64,000 nt of DNA from Sphyrna mokarran (lineage: Eukaryota): the NCBI GenBank assembly GCA_024679065.1, contig JAGIQG010000011.1, positions 60,264,001 to 60,328,000 of the forward strand. Direction: 5' to 3'. Each line of letters starts with the position of its first letter. Within the stretch, counting starts at the first letter, position 1. The notes under the pieces are model-generated. The model worked only from the letters and a program-made list of their open reading frames with translations, was not told the DNA's origin and searched no databases. The position numbers and the translations under genes were made by a program. Positions 61,551 through 64,000 of the stretch are shown piece after piece.

Positions 61551-62319
61551 GAAAAATTAGAAGAGAGTTGTTTGATTTCTAGGCTATACACTAATGAATG
61601 CATTAAGTAATCTGACTGAATGAGAAGATAAAATAACTCTGATAGTGGTCTCAAAATTGTTTCTGCAGTCAGAAAATGGGCAGCTATGAATTAGGTTTGA
61701 GAACCCTTCATGCTCATTTCTCTGACCTGCACTGAGTGAGATTTCACCCAAGGAGCAGCTTCAGACAGTTAAGTGGTTATAGTGTTTATATACAAAGACA
61801 CAGACACTTCTAACAGATGTCGTCAAACCAGAACCAGACAATCCAAATTCTCAAAGCTTCTCTTCAAATATGAGCAAAAAATTCAATGACAAATTAAAAA
61901 TTTAACAAAGAATTTAACTGAATACTAAAGACACTATTTGTGGAAGCATTTGTTTGATTAATGTTTCCTTTCAACTAAGTAATATTGTGACAACACAACA
62001 CAAAGCTACAGGGTAACACATACCTCAGAAAAGGGTATGTGATGGTTGATTAACCCATGTCTATTAATAATAATGTAAGCGGTGTGTCAACTTGCTGTTT
62101 TAAATGATTTCAATGTCCAAGCAGCTCAAACCATTGTCTTGATTGGCTGGATGTCGAAGAAGGGAATCAATGTTGTCAGTAGTTGGCAGCTGTTAAAGCT
62201 AGCCTGCACTGCTCAAATCTAGTATACAGCTCTTAAAGGGGAAGTGCTTTGTGGCTGAAACAAATTCTGGGAATCATGCAGGAAGTGAATCTGGACAGTG
62301 GAACATTCAATAATAGCAT

Positions 62320-62525
62320 AATATGGAAGAGCGCTGACTCCAAGATGTTTGGTTACTGTGCAACAGGCCTTGATAGAGAAGGTTCAAAGTAGAAGAAATA
62401 TCTTATATATACAATGGTCTAGACACATGGTCAGATGGCTGTAGAAGTCAATTCCATGGGGCAGCCACAAGAAACTGGATGCAATACTCTAAGAAGTTCA
62501 ATTATGTCAGAGAAGTTGTCAAGAA
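62320..62525 (+). pseudogene. Harbinger-type Myb/SANT remnant
   Basis: ALIEKVQSRRNILY ... QMAVEVNS ... RNWMQYSKKFNYVREVVK. Confidence 0.65.
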
Positions 62526-63517
62526 CATCAAATCCATCTTCAAGTGCCATGTGTTGTCAAGTGCAGTGTTGGCCTCAGACACATCTACTCGAAGTATTAT
62601 GTTATGCCAGAAAATTAAAAGAATAAAATCCTTCTCAAATGCTTTTGAACAAAAAACATGTGATTGGGAAATGGAAGTTAAATTCTTCAAAATGCAACCG
62701 CTTCTCTTCCCCTTCCTTTCAATCCCATCATTTACCACCCCATTCCTGGAAAAAGAGATAACAGTCTGCAACCACTGCCTCTTGGATCTACAAAGGCACT
62801 GCTTCTTTAATTGGACAAACAGTTGATAACATGCTTTTCTCATGCTTTGTGGTAGTATGCAGCACTCATTCATTCTCTTTCCTTGATGGTCATTCCAAGG
62901 TTAAAGCTGACAGAAATCAGAGGCCTGTAATCTTTTAATATTATTACAGAGTTACAGGCTGCTTTTAAAACTTGTTGCAATTTTCCTTTCTTTTAACATA
63001 CCAAAGATCATTAAGTAGAAATGTCTATTTTAAACAACTGGTTCCATAATTGACATGAATAATTTTAAGGACTTGGCCAGAGTAGTTTGGTTATAGACAT
63101 TTTCATCTGAATTTCTACCTAGTTCTAAGGTCAGGATAAGAACTCATCGTTCTAGAGCTGCCCAAAGGTTTAGCCCCTTGTAATGCTCTGACAAATCTGT
63201 GAAATCTTGCAAGCTAATATGGTCAGAGAGGATACAAGCCCTAATCTGGATGAATTGCATTCATGCATTATTAACATTCAGGATGAGATAGCAAAGGTAC
63301 TATTTTATGTCAGACAATCTCTATCATTCAGACCAGACAGCATCTGTGGAGAGAGAATAGAGCCAATGTTTCAAATCAGGATGACCAGAAAAAGGGTTTC
63401 ACAGCCTGGATCGCTCATAAGGAGCACCGTAGTATGCACCATGGATTGTTTGTCAGATTACTGTGATCTGCTGTGCCCCACAAAACCCACTGGAGCAAAG
63501 AGGTGAGGAATTGATGA

Positions 63518-63729
63518 CAGTAAGAAGTTTCACAATGCCAGATTAAAGTCCAACAGGTTTAGTTGGAATTATGAGATTTCAGAGAGCAGCTCCTTCATTA
63601 GGTGACTCAATTGATGAAGGGGCAGTGCTCCAAAAGCTCGTGATTCCAAATAAACCTGTTGGACTTTAATGTGGTGTTGTGAGGCTTCTTACTGTCCCCA
63701 TCCCAGTCCAATGCCTGCATTCCCATATC
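63518..63729 (+). mobile_element. Fold-back PLE terminal fragment with two decayed hammerhead motifs and 12-bp TSD
   Basis: Inverted arms ~63518-63604 and ~63608-63694. TSD aggaattgatga (63506-63517) / aggaattggtga (63730-63741). Both cores are mutated. Confidence 0.75.
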
Positions 63730-64000
63730 AGGAATTGGTGAGATTAGGGGGTTGTTGTGGAATGATGTGACACTGCATCCTCTGATGCCATCATCCTTAG
63801 ATATCTGGCTTGTGCAGACTATAGATTTGGGCATGAGTGTCTTCCAGCCAGAGTGGAGGTGAAAAATATTGCTGGTTCTGGTTTGCCAGAGGTATGAGAT
63901 TGAGTACAGGTTCCTCTGAATCCTGCAGAGGATTCAGAAGAGCATTTTGATGGGGCATTCTGCAAAGAATGCTGAGGTGTATGCACCACAAAATGCTGCA

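Noticed and set aside
22460-64000. A second host gene upstream of ESYT3
   Set aside because: No ORF or spliceable exon with non-TE protein similarity was recognised. Short or non-coding exons cannot be excluded by eye.

Overview
Vertebrate genomic DNA, almost certainly from a shark (elasmobranch), judged from the abundant HE1/V-SINEs, HER1/CR1 LINEs and Deu-domain SINEs. The only host gene I can support is ESYT3 (extended synaptotagmin-3) on the minus strand. Coding exons 1-3 lie at 21608-21967, 7025-7066 and 2571-2705, with canonical GT-AG sites and phase 0 throughout, and the gene runs off the left edge. Its GC/CpG-rich promoter is near 22.0-22.45 kb. The 42 kb upstream and both introns are a mosaic of transposable elements. 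Main points of interest: (i) small fold-back Penelope-like elements flanked by 12-14 bp target-site duplications, some carrying minimal type I hammerhead ribozyme cores, two of which look intact (27760-27796 minus, 3697-3730 plus); (ii) a young CR1 LINE split by a nested insertion of its own family, with a hairpin filler at the junction; (iii) decayed PIF/Harbinger transposons (Myb/SANT plus HARBI1-like transposase) and TIR-bounded non-autonomous relatives; (iv) a ~460 bp inverted duplication; (v) HE1-type SINEs with two different 3' tails, and other tRNA-SINEs. Repeat boundaries and family names were assigned by eye and are approximate. A 100-N assembly gap lies at 56685-56784.
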